NCBI GenBank assembly: GCA_964467655.1
Contig: CAYXSN010000008.1
Coordinates: 78-64,077 of the forward strand
Source of the DNA: an uncultured Candidatus Saccharimonadales bacterium
GTDB taxonomy: Bacteria; Patescibacteriota; Saccharimonadia; UBA4664
Length of the DNA: 64,000 nt
Direction: 5' to 3'
Shown here: positions 10,090 to 20,987 of the stretch, piece by piece
Layout of the letters: every line of letters starts with the position of its first letter
Numbering within the stretch: position 1 is the stretch's first letter
Made by a program: the position numbers and the translations under genes
Notes under the pieces: generated by a model
Told to the model about the DNA's origin: nothing
What the model saw: the letters and a program-made list of their open reading frames with translations, nothing else
Database searches by the model: none

Positions 10090-11082
10090 TTAACCGCGTT
10101 TGAGCGCAGCCATCACTGCCCGCACCAATTCGCTGATGGCGGCTTCCCGGTAGGCTGGGGTGACTTCAGGGGCGAGTTCCAGATGTCTGACCGTGCCAGT
10201 CGCACTGGACACCACCATGAAATCCCACAATTTCTCAAATTCAGCCTGGTCAAGCAACGTCTCGGTGGCGGCCGCCTCGGCCTTAAACGAGGCCTGCCAA
10301 TCGGGCATCGTGGCGCCCCGTATCCAGAACGTCACCAGGTCCATGAGTTCGTTGCCCCGCTGGGCATTCTCCCAGTCGATCAAGGCAATGTCGGCATTGT
10401 GGACAAAAATATGCATAGGATAAACTTCCCCATGGACCAATACTTGGGGTAAGCTGGCCACCCACGGCACCGCCGTCTCCAAATATGCTTCGATCTCAGG
10501 GCTGTAATGTTGCAGGGCCTGGGCAGAATTATCTAAGTTTAAACGTTTGACCCACGTCGACATGTGACGGGCGTCACTCTGAGAAGTTTCTACAGCCAGA
10601 TCAGGCAGGTCCAAAGACACCGCCTGGTAGTCTCTAATGTACCCGACCAGGCGCGAAATGTCGTTTGTCCTCCACGTCCCCGGATCAAAGCTAAATCCGT
10701 TATCAGCCAAGTCGACGGCCCGACCATGCACCATCGACCGGAGCGTCCAGGCCGGACGTTGCCGTTTATGGTTTAAAATTGACGGCACATGGCCTCGGAT
10801 GCGGTGCCGATGGTCGCCCAATGTCATCAAAACGTCGGCTTCAGCGAGCAGCTGGTCGGATGAATGCCACTCGGCTTGGTCGGTGCGTCGCCGCCAGGGC
10901 CAGTCATCGAGCACCACTTTGAGGACTCCCTCCTGGGCTGCTTGGCCATCTTGGCTGGGTAGTCTCACTCTACCAGTCCAAAACCGCGGACCCCGGCGCC
11001 ATATCGCCAAAACCTCTAATTGTTGCTCGTTCAATACTTGGGCAACTTCGGCTGGTATATCGTGTTTAGGAAACTCTTTCAT
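10090..11082 (-). CDS. Aminoglycoside/choline phosphotransferase-fold protein
   Basis: LVHGE (HGD variant) and LIDWE motifs. Confidence 0.7.
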   Translation of the reverse strand: MKEFPKHDIPAEVAQVLNEQQLEVLAIWRRGPRFWTGRVRLPSQDGQAAQEGVLKVVLDDWPWRRRTDQAEWHSSDQLLAEADVLMTLGDHRHRIRGHVPSILNHKRQRPAWTLRSMVHGRAVDLADNGFSFDPGTWRTNDISRLVGYIRDYQAVSLDLPDLAVETSQSDARHMSTWVKRLNLDNSAQALQHYSPEIEAYLETAVPWVASLPQVLVHGEVYPMHIFVHNADIALIDWENAQRGNELMDLVTFWIRGATMPDWQASFKAEAAATETLLDQAEFEKLWDFMVVSSATGTVRHLELAPEVTPAYREAAISELVRAVMAALKRG

Positions 11083-11957
11083 AAGCGGTTGCCCCTTTCA
11101 CCCTTTGGTTTATGTAGCCAGGCTTGCCAATCATGAGCTGCCCGATTGACCAGTCGTTCAGGCCCGATACCGGCTGCCCTCAACGCCAACAGGCACTCTC
11201 TGAGTTGATTGGGCACCGTAGGTTCGTTGAGCGAGCGCCAGTTAACTAATAGCCGTTCCAATTGTACCTGGTTGTGCAAATCAAACCCCAGCCACAACTG
11301 GGCCGGCCCCCGGCTTAAACTGGCGAGCCACGCAGTCCAGGCCCGCCGCCGCCAGGCTGGCTCGGTGATAACCGGGAATGAATTAACGTTGATTTCAATG
11401 GCAGTACCAGTGGCCGCCGCCCGCCGCCACAAAGGCTGCCAGTCGACCTCGGCTGCCGCAGCTTCAATCCCGCGCAAAGGGTGGCCCAAAACGTCGATTT
11501 CGGCCAGGTTGCAGACCTGCTCCAGGGCTGCCAGTCGGCTCGGCCCATCACTGAACTGGGCCGACCAGCCCCCGTGTACTGAGGCCACCACCACGGCGGC
11601 GCGGGTGCGTAAGGGTTCGGGCATATCAGTCCGGCCGTCAGGCAGTAAACTGCATTCAAACCCCTGCCAGACAGGTATATCGTCGACGGCAGTTTGCAGA
11701 GCCTGGTGCCTCAGTTGCCGTAGCCGCCAGCCATGGAGGCCCAGCCGCCAGGGCCGCACCGGGTTAGCAGTGTGGTTAGTGATAACTAAGTATTGCCAAG
11801 GAGCATCCGGTCCCAAAAGGCCCTGGGCCGTCAGCCAGCTCACGTATGATTGCACCGACTGGTCACTTTCGCGATGGCCATGGTAATTGCTCAGTCTGGT
11901 GTGCACATGTGCCAGACCGCCGAGATACTGCCTGACCCATGCATCGTTGGATTTCAC
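11079..11957 (-). CDS. PHP-domain protein
   Basis: HVHT, ITNH, ASVH, LGHP, EIN and DLH metal-binding pattern. Confidence 0.8.
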   Translation of the reverse strand: MKSNDAWVRQYLGGLAHVHTRLSNYHGHRESDQSVQSYVSWLTAQGLLGPDAPWQYLVITNHTANPVRPWRLGLHGWRLRQLRHQALQTAVDDIPVWQGFECSLLPDGRTDMPEPLRTRAAVVVASVHGGWSAQFSDGPSRLAALEQVCNLAEIDVLGHPLRGIEAAAAEVDWQPLWRRAAATGTAIEINVNSFPVITEPAWRRRAWTAWLASLSRGPAQLWLGFDLHNQVQLERLLVNWRSLNEPTVPNQLRECLLALRAAGIGPERLVNRAAHDWQAWLHKPKGERGNRL

Positions 11958-13699
11958 CAGCTGCCGCCTCCACCGCCACCGCCGCCGCCACCAGAGAAAC
12001 CACCGCCACCAAAGCCGCTACCACTCGAACTACTAGGTGGGCTAAAGCTGGTGTTGATAGCCCCCACAGCCCCATTGAGACTATGACTCAAGCTCAGAGC
12101 GTTAAAGGTGGTCCAGTGGCCACTGTACCAGTCGGGTTCAGCGGTATAAATATCGGTAAATTGCTGGGCCCAGGAATCTTCGACACCCAAGACGATGGCA
12201 TAAGGCAGTAACTTCTCGAACAACTCGACCGTCCTCTGAGGGGCTTCCGCCAGCGGCCGATTGTATTTGCGTGACACGCTTTGGAGCAGGTTGAGACGGT
12301 CTTTTTCGGCAGTGTTCAAATAGAGCTTTAAGCCTTGAATCTGTTCCCAGGCCGCCACTCCGCTACCGGTGCGTTTCGGCATGAGCACCGCCAGGGCAAA
12401 TACCGCCACCGCCGTGACGCCACAGGTAGTTGCCACCAGCGCCGACAGATTGGCTAGCATAAAAGCGCCTACCCCTAGGGCAATACCCACGGCCCACAGC
12501 CAGCCGCCACTCGTCACCGGGTTTGCCGGGAAAAAGCCTCGTTCAGTCAAAGACTTGGGCAAGGAGCTTGTTAGTTTTAATCTCAAGGCGGCTAGCTCTG
12601 TCCGCCGGTCCTTTATATCTTCTAGCACACTACCCGCCGTCTTATTCTCAAAGAGCGCCCCCAATAAGTCTTGTTCAAGCTCATTCAGGGTGCTCCAATC
12701 GGTTTTGAGCAACTCAAATTGATACTGGTTACCCGAGCTCAAAAAGCCTTTTTTCTCGACCTCAATAATGCGCACATACTTCCTAATAGCCAAATCTACC
12801 AAAGTAGCAGTGAGGTCACGAGATTCAAGCCGGTAGCCGTCGATCACGCCAGCTTCAGCCGGAGTCACGCCAGTTGGCGGTCCGTATTCGGGTACAATGA
12901 CCCCCCTGCCCTTGAGGTCACGGCCGTCCCGCCACCATTTACGCACACTCCAGCCGCCGGCCAACAAGGGGATTAATATGGCCAGGCCTAGTTCGACGGC
13001 GTGCTCACGCAACCAGTCGCGCCAGGTGGGTGCTACAAATACACCTTCGGGTAACTTGGCGGCTACCGTCAGCGTTTGATAAGCCGCTAGGCTTGTCGTC
13101 GTACTCGCACTCACCATGTCATTTTCAGAATGAACGGTACAATTCTGGGCGCTTGAGCCATAGGCACCAGTAAAGCAGAGGCTTTCACCAAAAGTCGAGC
13201 CCGACAGATGGATAGTGGCTGTCACGTGCTGAGTCTCGCTGTCCCATTGGTCACCGTTGATATCCCAGTACAATTGCGGCCGGCCGTCAAACCACCTCAC
13301 GACGTTGCGGACGGTGTAGTCAATCACGTACGATTGCCGGCCCGTCACAGTTTGGCTGGCGTCACCGATTTTCAATACGGTATTACCGTTGCTGGTTTCT
13401 TTGGTATAACCGCTAGGAGCGCCTGAAGGTGACGACACGCTGGTGATCGCTAGCTGCAAAGGTTGCTTTTGATAGGTTGAGGGGATCGCTCGTAAGATAC
13501 CATGCCTAGGCACCGCAAAATCAACGCTTATTGTTTCAACGATATGCAAGTGGCCCTGAGGGTCGCTGTTGGTCAGGGTCAGGTCGGAATTAAAATCGAC
13601 GATCGTCATCTCGTCGGCAGCTTGGGCCGTACCACCAGCGAGCCACCAAGCGGCCGCCACTATCATCAGTCCTAGGCTGCGCAGCACCAACGTCTTCAT
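11954..13699 (-). CDS. DUF2207 family membrane protein
   Basis: HGILRAIP, LYWDING, LPYAIVLG and GGGFSGGGGGGGGGGSW terminus. Confidence 0.92.
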   Translation of the reverse strand: MKTLVLRSLGLMIVAAAWWLAGGTAQAADEMTIVDFNSDLTLTNSDPQGHLHIVETISVDFAVPRHGILRAIPSTYQKQPLQLAITSVSSPSGAPSGYTKETSNGNTVLKIGDASQTVTGRQSYVIDYTVRNVVRWFDGRPQLYWDINGDQWDSETQHVTATIHLSGSTFGESLCFTGAYGSSAQNCTVHSENDMVSASTTTSLAAYQTLTVAAKLPEGVFVAPTWRDWLREHAVELGLAILIPLLAGGWSVRKWWRDGRDLKGRGVIVPEYGPPTGVTPAEAGVIDGYRLESRDLTATLVDLAIRKYVRIIEVEKKGFLSSGNQYQFELLKTDWSTLNELEQDLLGALFENKTAGSVLEDIKDRRTELAALRLKLTSSLPKSLTERGFFPANPVTSGGWLWAVGIALGVGAFMLANLSALVATTCGVTAVAVFALAVLMPKRTGSGVAAWEQIQGLKLYLNTAEKDRLNLLQSVSRKYNRPLAEAPQRTVELFEKLLPYAIVLGVEDSWAQQFTDIYTAEPDWYSGHWTTFNALSLSHSLNGAVGAINTSFSPPSSSSGSGFGGGGFSGGGGGGGGGGSW

Positions 13700-13712
13700 A
13701 GATTCCAGTATA

Positions 13713-15167
13713 TCAGTCCCGGCTGCTGCGGGCCTTGATCGCCGCTCGGTAGATTTTGACGTATTTTTTGGCTGGAATTTCCCAGGAGTATGAGAGCTCC
13801 ATGGCCCGCCCCATCAGATTCCACCATTCTGTCTTGCGGCTCCAGACGGCCAATGCCCTATCAATGGCCGCCAGGAGCGCGCCGCCGGTGTAGTCTTCAA
13901 ACACAAAGCCGTTCGTGCCTTTTGCCCGCGGGCTGTACTCAAAGATGGTATCGGCCAGTCCGCCAGTGCGGCGCACCACCGGGATGGTACCGTAGCGCAG
14001 GCTGTACAGTTGGCCAAGCCCGCTCGGTTCAAACAAGCTGGGCATCAAAAACATATCAGCTCCCGCATACAGCAGGCTGCCCATGGCACTGGAGTAAGGC
14101 CGGTAAGCAATCTGTTTGGGGTACTGTTGAGCTTTGCGGCAGAGTATCTCGTCGTATTCTTCTTTTTGTGAAGTGCCGATAACTACCAGCTGTACGCCCC
14201 GGGCCATAAGTTCGTCGAGAATTTCGAAAACCAGGCTATAACCTTTTTGCTCTGTGATGCGCGAATTCATACCCAAAATAGGGAAACTGTCGTCAATCGG
14301 CAAGCCGAGCCGGTGTTGCAAAGCGCGTTTGTTATCGTACTTGCGATGCAAAATGTAGTGGTCGTAATTGACAGGCAGGTGAGGGTCGAACATAGGATTC
14401 CAATGGGCATAATCAACACCGTTCCGAATGCCAAAAAAATGTTTCGCCCGCGGAGTCAACACATCATGCAATCCGTGACTCGTGGCTTTCTCGAGCAGCT
14501 CCTTGGCATATTGTTCACTGACGGTCGTCACAATATCGGCATGCACAATACCCCGTTTGAGAAAATTTAGGTACGGGACCTGCTCTAAATCCAAAGGCAG
14601 CTTACCAGCTCCTTCATCCTGTTGTTCTTTCGGGATGGAACGCTGGCTATTGATTGATACATAGGCACTATTATGGATAGACTGGACGGTAGCGATGCGA
14701 GCATACTTGGAGCTGGCCGGTAAATCGGCGATCAAATTTGGTACCAAGCCGGCGTGCCAATCATGCACTTGGATGATGTCCGGGATCCAGTCCAGCGTGT
14801 CGAGCAATTTAAACACGCTGACGTTGAAGGCGTAAAAGGGCAGGTTGCCAGCTGTGTGATCGTACATTGCTTGGCGGTCACTAGGAAAATAGTCTTCACT
14901 TTCGAAAAAATAGATTGGCACCTCTTGGGCCAGGATACTGGCCGAGAACGATACCGCCGACTTGGTACCGCCCATAGTGAGGGTCGTCGGTCGGCCGATG
15001 GGCACGAAGGCCAAACGCTGTTCATCGATGGCGCCATACTTGGGCATGTACACCCTCACGTCATGGCCAAGCCGGTGGACAGCCTTGGGCAAGGCCTCCA
15101 TGACTTCACCCAAACCACCAGTTTTGGCGTACGGTGAGACTTCGCCCGCAATCATGAGGATATTCAT
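13713..15167 (-). CDS. glgA: Glycogen synthase
   Basis: KTGGL, HDWH, MPSLFEP.GL.Q, TGGLADT. Confidence 0.93.
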   Translation of the reverse strand: MNILMIAGEVSPYAKTGGLGEVMEALPKAVHRLGHDVRVYMPKYGAIDEQRLAFVPIGRPTTLTMGGTKSAVSFSASILAQEVPIYFFESEDYFPSDRQAMYDHTAGNLPFYAFNVSVFKLLDTLDWIPDIIQVHDWHAGLVPNLIADLPASSKYARIATVQSIHNSAYVSINSQRSIPKEQQDEGAGKLPLDLEQVPYLNFLKRGIVHADIVTTVSEQYAKELLEKATSHGLHDVLTPRAKHFFGIRNGVDYAHWNPMFDPHLPVNYDHYILHRKYDNKRALQHRLGLPIDDSFPILGMNSRITEQKGYSLVFEILDELMARGVQLVVIGTSQKEEYDEILCRKAQQYPKQIAYRPYSSAMGSLLYAGADMFLMPSLFEPSGLGQLYSLRYGTIPVVRRTGGLADTIFEYSPRAKGTNGFVFEDYTGGALLAAIDRALAVWSRKTEWWNLMGRAMELSYSWEIPAKKYVKIYRAAIKARSSRD

Positions 15168-15251
15168 AGCAACTTAATTGTACGCGTCAAGCGAGGTCAG
15201 CAGCAAACATGAGAGGATTCATCACCATGAGGTGATGCTACAATACCAGGT

Positions 15252-15809
15252 ATGATTATAACGTTGGCCGGTAGTATAACCGAAAAATTGGGCGACAGTT
15301 TGGTCGTGGAGGCCGGCGGTATTGGATATGAGGTCGTGGTGACGGTCGAAACCTGGGGCGCCGCCCGCCCGGGCCAGGAGAGCAAATATTACATCTACGA
15401 GCATATCAGGGAGGACGCTCACCAGCTGTATGGCTTTACTGACTTGGCCGGCAGGCAGCTGTTTATCCAGCTGATCGGCGTCAATGGGGTGGGGCCCAAA
15501 TCAGCCATGCAAATATTAAGCGCCGGTGGCACCAGCCGTTTGCAACAAGCCATTGAGTCGGGGGATCCGGGCCTACTCAAGGGCATCACCGGCGTCGGGC
15601 CCAAAACGGCCCAGCGCATCGTGCTCGATCTGCGGGGTAAGCTTGAATTGGGACCGGGCGGTTTGGCGCCGGTGGCAGACAGCGCCTACCAGGCATTGGT
15701 CGGCTTAGGCTATACCCCGGCCCAGGCAACCCAGGCAGTAGCCGCCATTCCTGAGGGCCTTACCAGCGATCAAGACAGAATCAAGGCTGCCCTCAAATAC
15801 ATCAAGTAA
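15252..15809 (+). CDS. ruvA: Holliday junction branch migration protein RuvA
   Basis: GGIGYEV, IREDAHQLYGF, GVGPK HhH motifs. Confidence 0.97.
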   Translation: MIITLAGSITEKLGDSLVVEAGGIGYEVVVTVETWGAARPGQESKYYIYEHIREDAHQLYGFTDLAGRQLFIQLIGVNGVGPKSAMQILSAGGTSRLQQAIESGDPGLLKGITGVGPKTAQRIVLDLRGKLELGPGGLAPVADSAYQALVGLGYTPAQATQAVAAIPEGLTSDQDRIKAALKYIK

Positions 15810-15845
15810 TAAATTCCCCCCGTACGCACTGATCGTACAGGGGTA

Positions 15846-16469
15846 CTAGGAAACAGTTGGATCGAGCGGGACATGGGTTGAATTGCAAGCTTGCCTAGGG
15901 CAGCCAAGCTGTCCTAGGCAAGCTTGCAAGGCAGTCTGCCAGCGCTTGGGGCAATGTACAATCAATCCTGGCTGGCTCATTGTAATATCTACGTGGTAGA
16001 TGCCTTTGAGGGTAATACCATGGGGACTACTGTCTCCGATGTTCCACTCAATGGCCCGAAACCGGTAGCTGGGCTTGCCATCGGCACTGGGCAGGACTTC
16101 GAGGGTACAAAGATAGACGTATCTGCTGCAGCGGCGCCAGCGGTGCTTGGTGTCGGCCGCCCCGCCACTCGGGGGCATGACGGTGCCATCGGGCCGGCAG
16201 AACACTTCGCTGCGACTGGTCGTGGGCTCTGTTTGGGCCCACACTTGTGGCCTGTAGACCACAGCGGGACCGATTCCCTCAGGAATGGGGCCGCACACAA
16301 TCTGTGAAGCCGGTGCATTGGTCGTTGCTTCCGGCACGATCGGCAAAGCCACCACCATGGCAGAGGGATTATTGAGTTGTCCGAGCAACAACCGGTCCTC
16401 AGGCGGGATAGTACGAATCTGACGGCCAGTCACGGCCTGAATCAAGTAAGCTCCAGTAATACGGGCCAT
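15846..16469 (-). CDS. Hypothetical protein inserted between ruvA and ruvB
   Basis: 207-aa ORF with own TTGACA-17-TACAAT promoter (16533-16561) and a downstream hairpin (~15817-15843). Confidence 0.55.
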   Translation of the reverse strand: MARITGAYLIQAVTGRQIRTIPPEDRLLLGQLNNPSAMVVALPIVPEATTNAPASQIVCGPIPEGIGPAVVYRPQVWAQTEPTTSRSEVFCRPDGTVMPPSGGAADTKHRWRRCSRYVYLCTLEVLPSADGKPSYRFRAIEWNIGDSSPHGITLKGIYHVDITMSQPGLIVHCPKRWQTALQACLGQLGCPRQACNSTHVPLDPTVS

Positions 16470-16599
16470 TGTTCACCAACCGATCTAGGAAAGGAGCAAG
16501 CTGGAGGTCTACCACCCCTCAACCGAATGATAATTGTAGTTATAAACATTTTTCCTGTCAAGTTGCCAGTGCGGCTGCCGTTCGGTACAATAACCTGGT

Positions 16600-17622
16600 A
16601 TGATTGAACGCATCGTAGCTCCAGTAGCCGATAGTGAATCCCCTGAAGCGCTAGCTGAAGAGCGAACGTTTGCCAATTTGCGTCCCACGACCTTTGCTGC
16701 CTATGTGGGCCAGGAGCTGCTCAAGAAGAATCTGCAGCTCGCCATAGCGGCTGCCCAGCATCGGGCCGAACCCGTTGATCACATATTGCTCTACGGCCCT
16801 CCCGGCTTGGGTAAAACTACCATGGCCGGTATTATTGCTGCCGAAATGGGGGCGGCTTTACGCCTCACCAGCGGGCCGGCCGTCGAACGGGCAGGGGATT
16901 TAGCTAGTTTGCTCACCAACCTGGCCCCTGGCGATGTCTTGTTTATCGATGAGATTCATCGGCTGCCCAAGACTGTCGAAGAAATTCTATATCCCGCCAT
17001 GGAAGATTTCGGCCTCGATATCATGCTAGGTAAAGGGCCATCTGCCAAATCAATCAGGCTTGACCTGCCGCGGTTCACTATCATTGGGGCCACCACCAGG
17101 GCTGGCGCTTTGTCGGCGCCATTGCGCGACAGGTTTGGGCATGTGCACCGGCTCGAATACTATTCACCCTCAGAAATGCACCAGATTATCACCAGAGCGG
17201 CCGGCATCCTGGGGATTACCATCGACCCCGATGCTGTCACCGAGATTAGTACCCGAGCCAGATTGACGCCTCGGATTGCCAACCGTCTGCTCAAGCGGGT
17301 ACGCGATTACGCTCAGGTCAAACAGGTTGATACCATTACCCGCACTGACGCCCGCGAGGCGCTGCACTTGCTGGAAATTGACGAACTGGGGTTAGACGCC
17401 GCCGACAGGTCGCTGCTGGAAGCCATCATCAGGCACTACGCCGGCGGACCGGTTGGGCTGGCCACCTTAGCCGCCTTGTGCTCAGAAGAAACCACCACCA
17501 TTGAAGATATTTATGAGCCGTATCTCATGCAGATCGGTCTGCTTGAACGCACACCCCGAGGGCGGCGGGTGACGGCGAAGGCGTACCAGCATCTCGGACA
17601 TCAGATACCAGCTCCGCGCTAA
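16600..17622 (+). CDS. ruvB: Holliday junction helicase RuvB
   Basis: [28 protein letters not shown]. Confidence 0.98.
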   Translation: MIERIVAPVADSESPEALAEERTFANLRPTTFAAYVGQELLKKNLQLAIAAAQHRAEPVDHILLYGPPGLGKTTMAGIIAAEMGAALRLTSGPAVERAGDLASLLTNLAPGDVLFIDEIHRLPKTVEEILYPAMEDFGLDIMLGKGPSAKSIRLDLPRFTIIGATTRAGALSAPLRDRFGHVHRLEYYSPSEMHQIITRAAGILGITIDPDAVTEISTRARLTPRIANRLLKRVRDYAQVKQVDTITRTDAREALHLLEIDELGLDAADRSLLEAIIRHYAGGPVGLATLAALCSEETTTIEDIYEPYLMQIGLLERTPRGRRVTAKAYQHLGHQIPAPR

Positions 17623-17661
17623 CTCTTTCATCTGAGGACGAGAGCGGCTACAATCAGGCGT

Positions 17662-19404
17662 ATGCGCCAATCTGCCACCTCCGCTATCAAGAGATTCGTG
17701 GTTCGCCAGGTCCACAGTACCCGGAGCTGGTGGTCGTTTGAACTGCCTCTAAATCTGGCGTTTGCAATTTCGCTCCCCTTGATGGCTTTTACGAAGCAAC
17801 TTCAGCCTTACAATTACCTCATAGAAGTATGGTTGCCCCTTGGCTTGTTTGCGCTGATGGCGGTAGTTTTGAGCATGCTATTTCATTTCAGTCTGCCTGC
17901 GGGCGCCCCCCGCCTGGCTGCAAGCATTAGCGCATTCTACTGGTTAATGGTTCAGTACCCCGACAGGATCAAAGCCTCGTCGGGCAACGCCTTGCTGGCC
18001 TTCATACCTGGCAAAGGACCGCTGGTTACCATTATTACCCTGCTGAGCGGTAGCTACGCTCTGGGTTGGGCGGTAGTGTGGCTGGGCCGGCGTTGGCATC
18101 CAGCTGCCCAGTTTGCTCGAACGCTGCTAGCCTCATTTTGCTTGGTCATGCTCACCTACCATAGTCTGGGCCTGGGGCTATTTATCGGCCGCCAAGCTGC
18201 GGTTATGGCCTACACTCCGCCCGTAGTCCCGCTCGTCAAGGTCCAGGCGCCCGCAGTATCTCGTGATGTGTACTACATCGTGCTCGACAGATACGCCAGC
18301 CAAACAGTGCTGCGGCAAGATTTTGGCTTCGACAACTCGGCTTTTTATCAAAATCTCACCGATCAAGGCTTTACCGTCACGCCTGATGCCTTTGCCAATT
18401 ACCCGTTTACTGCCATGTCGCTGGCTTCCACGCTCAACATGGACTACCTGGCTGACGTATCGGCTAAGCTCAAAGACCAAACCACCTACAGCCAACTGCC
18501 ATACCGGCGTCTATTTGAAGTCAATCAAGTAGCTCAAACTTTTATGGCCGCTGGCTATCATACCTACAACATTAGTTCCTGGTTTGGAGTGGCTCGAACT
18601 ATGGCAGGCGCTACCAACCTGACTCAGGACCAATTCAATTTTAACCTGGCCGGTGACCACCAGGACTTATCTGACTACCAACAGGCGGTACTCGGCCAGA
18701 CGGTATATACCACGCTACTCAACGGCGGCCGCCAGATCGGCAGCATCACGGTCGGACAAATGCTGCCGACCCGCTCACCTGTCGATACGTTTAACCGCCA
18801 AATTAATACCGTACTGCAAGCGGCGTCCGATCACACGCCGGGGCCAAAATTTGTATTCACCCATCTCATTTCGCCCCATCCCCCGTATATCTTCACCAAC
18901 GATGGTCAGCCAGTGTCATATAATGATGAAGACAACGATCAGGGTATTCCTCGGGAGCAAAAATATCTTAACCAACTGCAATATCTCAATCAGCGGATCC
19001 TGCAAATGGTTGAACAAATTAAATCGGCTAGCCAAGTACCTCCGATCATTGTGATTGCCGCCGATGAAGGCCCTTACCCGCGCCAGTTCGCCGAAGTTGC
19101 TCCCGAAGCAGGAGGTGATTACAAGTGGGAACAGGCCGACGCCTCAGTTATTAGACACAAAGCCGGCATCTTCCAGGCAGCTTTTTTGCCCGAAGCTTCG
19201 GCTGAAGTCACAGCCCGTTTGACGACGCCGGTAAACACTTTCAGGTTAATTTTTAACCAGTATTTTGACGCCGGCTTGCCCTATTTACCTGATTGCAGTT
19301 TTATCTCGGATAATGACGCACCGTACAGATTTATCGACCTCACCCCGGCGTTAGCGTCAACACCCGACCCAGCCTGTGCTCAAATGAGGGGACCGACACC
19401 ATGA
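17662..19404 (+). CDS. Membrane-anchored sulfatase/alkaline-phosphatase-superfamily protein
   Basis: N-terminal TMs, DVYYIVLDRY, T..SLAS.LNM, PHPPY, IAADEG. Confidence 0.8.
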   Translation: MRQSATSAIKRFVVRQVHSTRSWWSFELPLNLAFAISLPLMAFTKQLQPYNYLIEVWLPLGLFALMAVVLSMLFHFSLPAGAPRLAASISAFYWLMVQYPDRIKASSGNALLAFIPGKGPLVTIITLLSGSYALGWAVVWLGRRWHPAAQFARTLLASFCLVMLTYHSLGLGLFIGRQAAVMAYTPPVVPLVKVQAPAVSRDVYYIVLDRYASQTVLRQDFGFDNSAFYQNLTDQGFTVTPDAFANYPFTAMSLASTLNMDYLADVSAKLKDQTTYSQLPYRRLFEVNQVAQTFMAAGYHTYNISSWFGVARTMAGATNLTQDQFNFNLAGDHQDLSDYQQAVLGQTVYTTLLNGGRQIGSITVGQMLPTRSPVDTFNRQINTVLQAASDHTPGPKFVFTHLISPHPPYIFTNDGQPVSYNDEDNDQGIPREQKYLNQLQYLNQRILQMVEQIKSASQVPPIIVIAADEGPYPRQFAEVAPEAGGDYKWEQADASVIRHKAGIFQAAFLPEASAEVTARLTTPVNTFRLIFNQYFDAGLPYLPDCSFISDNDAPYRFIDLTPALASTPDPACAQMRGPTP

Positions 19405-19588
19405 AGCCAAAACCGTTCGGCCCACCCGCCCAAACCCTGAGCCTGCCTATGACTGACCTTGAGGCAAAGGTGTACCAGGCTAGTCAGTGGGGGCGCCGGC
19501 TATCAAGTTTACTGGCTGAGCTTGAGAAGCAAGCCGGTATCAGCAAAGGGTCTGGAGCAATTGGCAATTGGCGCCACAGGCCCAAGTC

Positions 19589-19876
19589 CTAACGGAACGG
19601 ATCTTCCGAACCGAGCGCCCCGGCAGGAACGGCACCACTGACGTTGTCGAGGTTCTTGAGGGCTTCAATAGTTTTCTTGTCGAAAGTTATTTTGGTTGTG
19701 CTGCTACCAGAATCAGCGGCCCGCGGTGCCGGCATCACATTCATGGCACCGTTGACCACGTAAGCCGTATAGGCGAACACGGCTACTAAGGCGGCTCCAA
19801 AAAGATACGGCTGGGCCAGACGCAGTGCCTTCATGAGGGCTTTGGGATTAAGGCTAAGCTTGAGATTCATATTCAT
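19589..19876 (-). CDS. Small pilus-associated membrane protein (PilP position)
   Basis: Single TM, ends DPF, last gene of the pilMNO run. Confidence 0.6.
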   Translation of the reverse strand: MNMNLKLSLNPKALMKALRLAQPYLFGAALVAVFAYTAYVVNGAMNVMPAPRAADSGSSTTKITFDKKTIEALKNLDNVSGAVPAGALGSEDPFR

Positions 19877-20427
19877 GGTTTGATATAGGCGTTTAAACTG
19901 ATTGAATACACGATTGGTTTGGTTTTGTCGGGTCGGCTAATACCCAGATTTGTGACATTTGTGAAGCGGTTGAGGCGCTCAACTTTTTTGAGAAATGTTT
20001 GCAATTGCTCATAAGTGCCGGCCAGCTGAAAACTAATCGGCAACGCCAGTACCTGTCCACTCTTGACGGTTTGGGAGGTGCTAGTGGGCACGCCCACTGG
20101 GCTCGGCATGCTAATAGTCGAAATGTTCAGGCCCGATGCCCCGGCTATGTTCTGTAATTGGGCCAAGACCTCAGTCTGCTTCTTATCTTTGGGCAGGGCA
20201 TTGTTGATGAGCGTGAGATTGGGTGCCACATCGCGGTCATACTGTCGCTTGAGGGTCGCTAACTTTTCGATTTCCTGCGACGCCTCTTCGGCGGCGGCCA
20301 GCTTATCGGCCACGGCTAGTTTCTGGGCATTCAACTGTTTGAGGGCGTAATAATACCCACCGCCGCCACCACCCAGCACAAGTGCTAGAACGACGAGGAG
20401 TACATAAAAGAAGCGCTTAGGATCCAT
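19873..20427 (-). CDS. pilO: Type IV pilus protein PilO
   Basis: TM, coiled coil, LP...GTYEQLQTFL..VERLNR. Confidence 0.85.
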   Translation of the reverse strand: MDPKRFFYVLLVVLALVLGGGGGGYYYALKQLNAQKLAVADKLAAAEEASQEIEKLATLKRQYDRDVAPNLTLINNALPKDKKQTEVLAQLQNIAGASGLNISTISMPSPVGVPTSTSQTVKSGQVLALPISFQLAGTYEQLQTFLKKVERLNRFTNVTNLGISRPDKTKPIVYSISLNAYIKP

Positions 20428-20987
20428 TACTTGGCCTGGCCTTTGTTGAAACCAACAATCACGGCTGCAGTGTAGCTGCCGCTCGTTGTACTCGTAATAT
20501 TCTCAAGGTCAGCGGCGGCCACTCGGGGAGAGGTCATGAGTGCGTCCCGAAAAGCGAGAGCCGCCTGGTAGGTAGTGGCCGAAAAGTTAATTCGTACCGG
20601 TTGTTTCTCGTCGCCCGTGAGGGTCATGGTATCAATAGCTACACCTTGAGGCACGACCTTGGCTAAATCCTCGATGAGAGCCGAAAAGCGGGTTTGACTA
20701 TTAAAAACGTAAGCCACAGCCGCCAGTCGATCGCTGGCCTCCTTAGCTTTGGGTGCAAATGATTTATTGAGCGAGCTAATGGTCGCCTGTTTGTCGGCGG
20801 CTTCTTGATCCACTCGAGCCGCTTTCTGTCCGAGGTCACGCAAGGCCCATACAAAGACGCCCGCCAGAGCCACCACCACCACAATGCACAGTTTAATGTA
20901 GCGCAATACCAGACGATTCAATTTGGCGAAATGGATCTGCTGTTTGACATCTGGCGGCATCAAATTGATCATTTGTGAGTCTCCCAC
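20427..20987 (-). CDS. pilN: Type IV pilus protein PilN
   Basis: INLMP motif followed by TM; position after pilM. Confidence 0.85.
   Translation of the reverse strand: MGDSQMINLMPPDVKQQIHFAKLNRLVLRYIKLCIVVVVALAGVFVWALRDLGQKAARVDQEAADKQATISSLNKSFAPKAKEASDRLAAVAYVFNSQTRFSALIEDLAKVVPQGVAIDTMTLTGDEKQPVRINFSATTYQAALAFRDALMTSPRVAAADLENITSTTSGSYTAAVIVGFNKGQAK

Noticed and set aside
11957-12030. CCG/CCA-rich low-complexity tract
   Set aside because: It encodes the normal poly-Gly tail of DUF2207.
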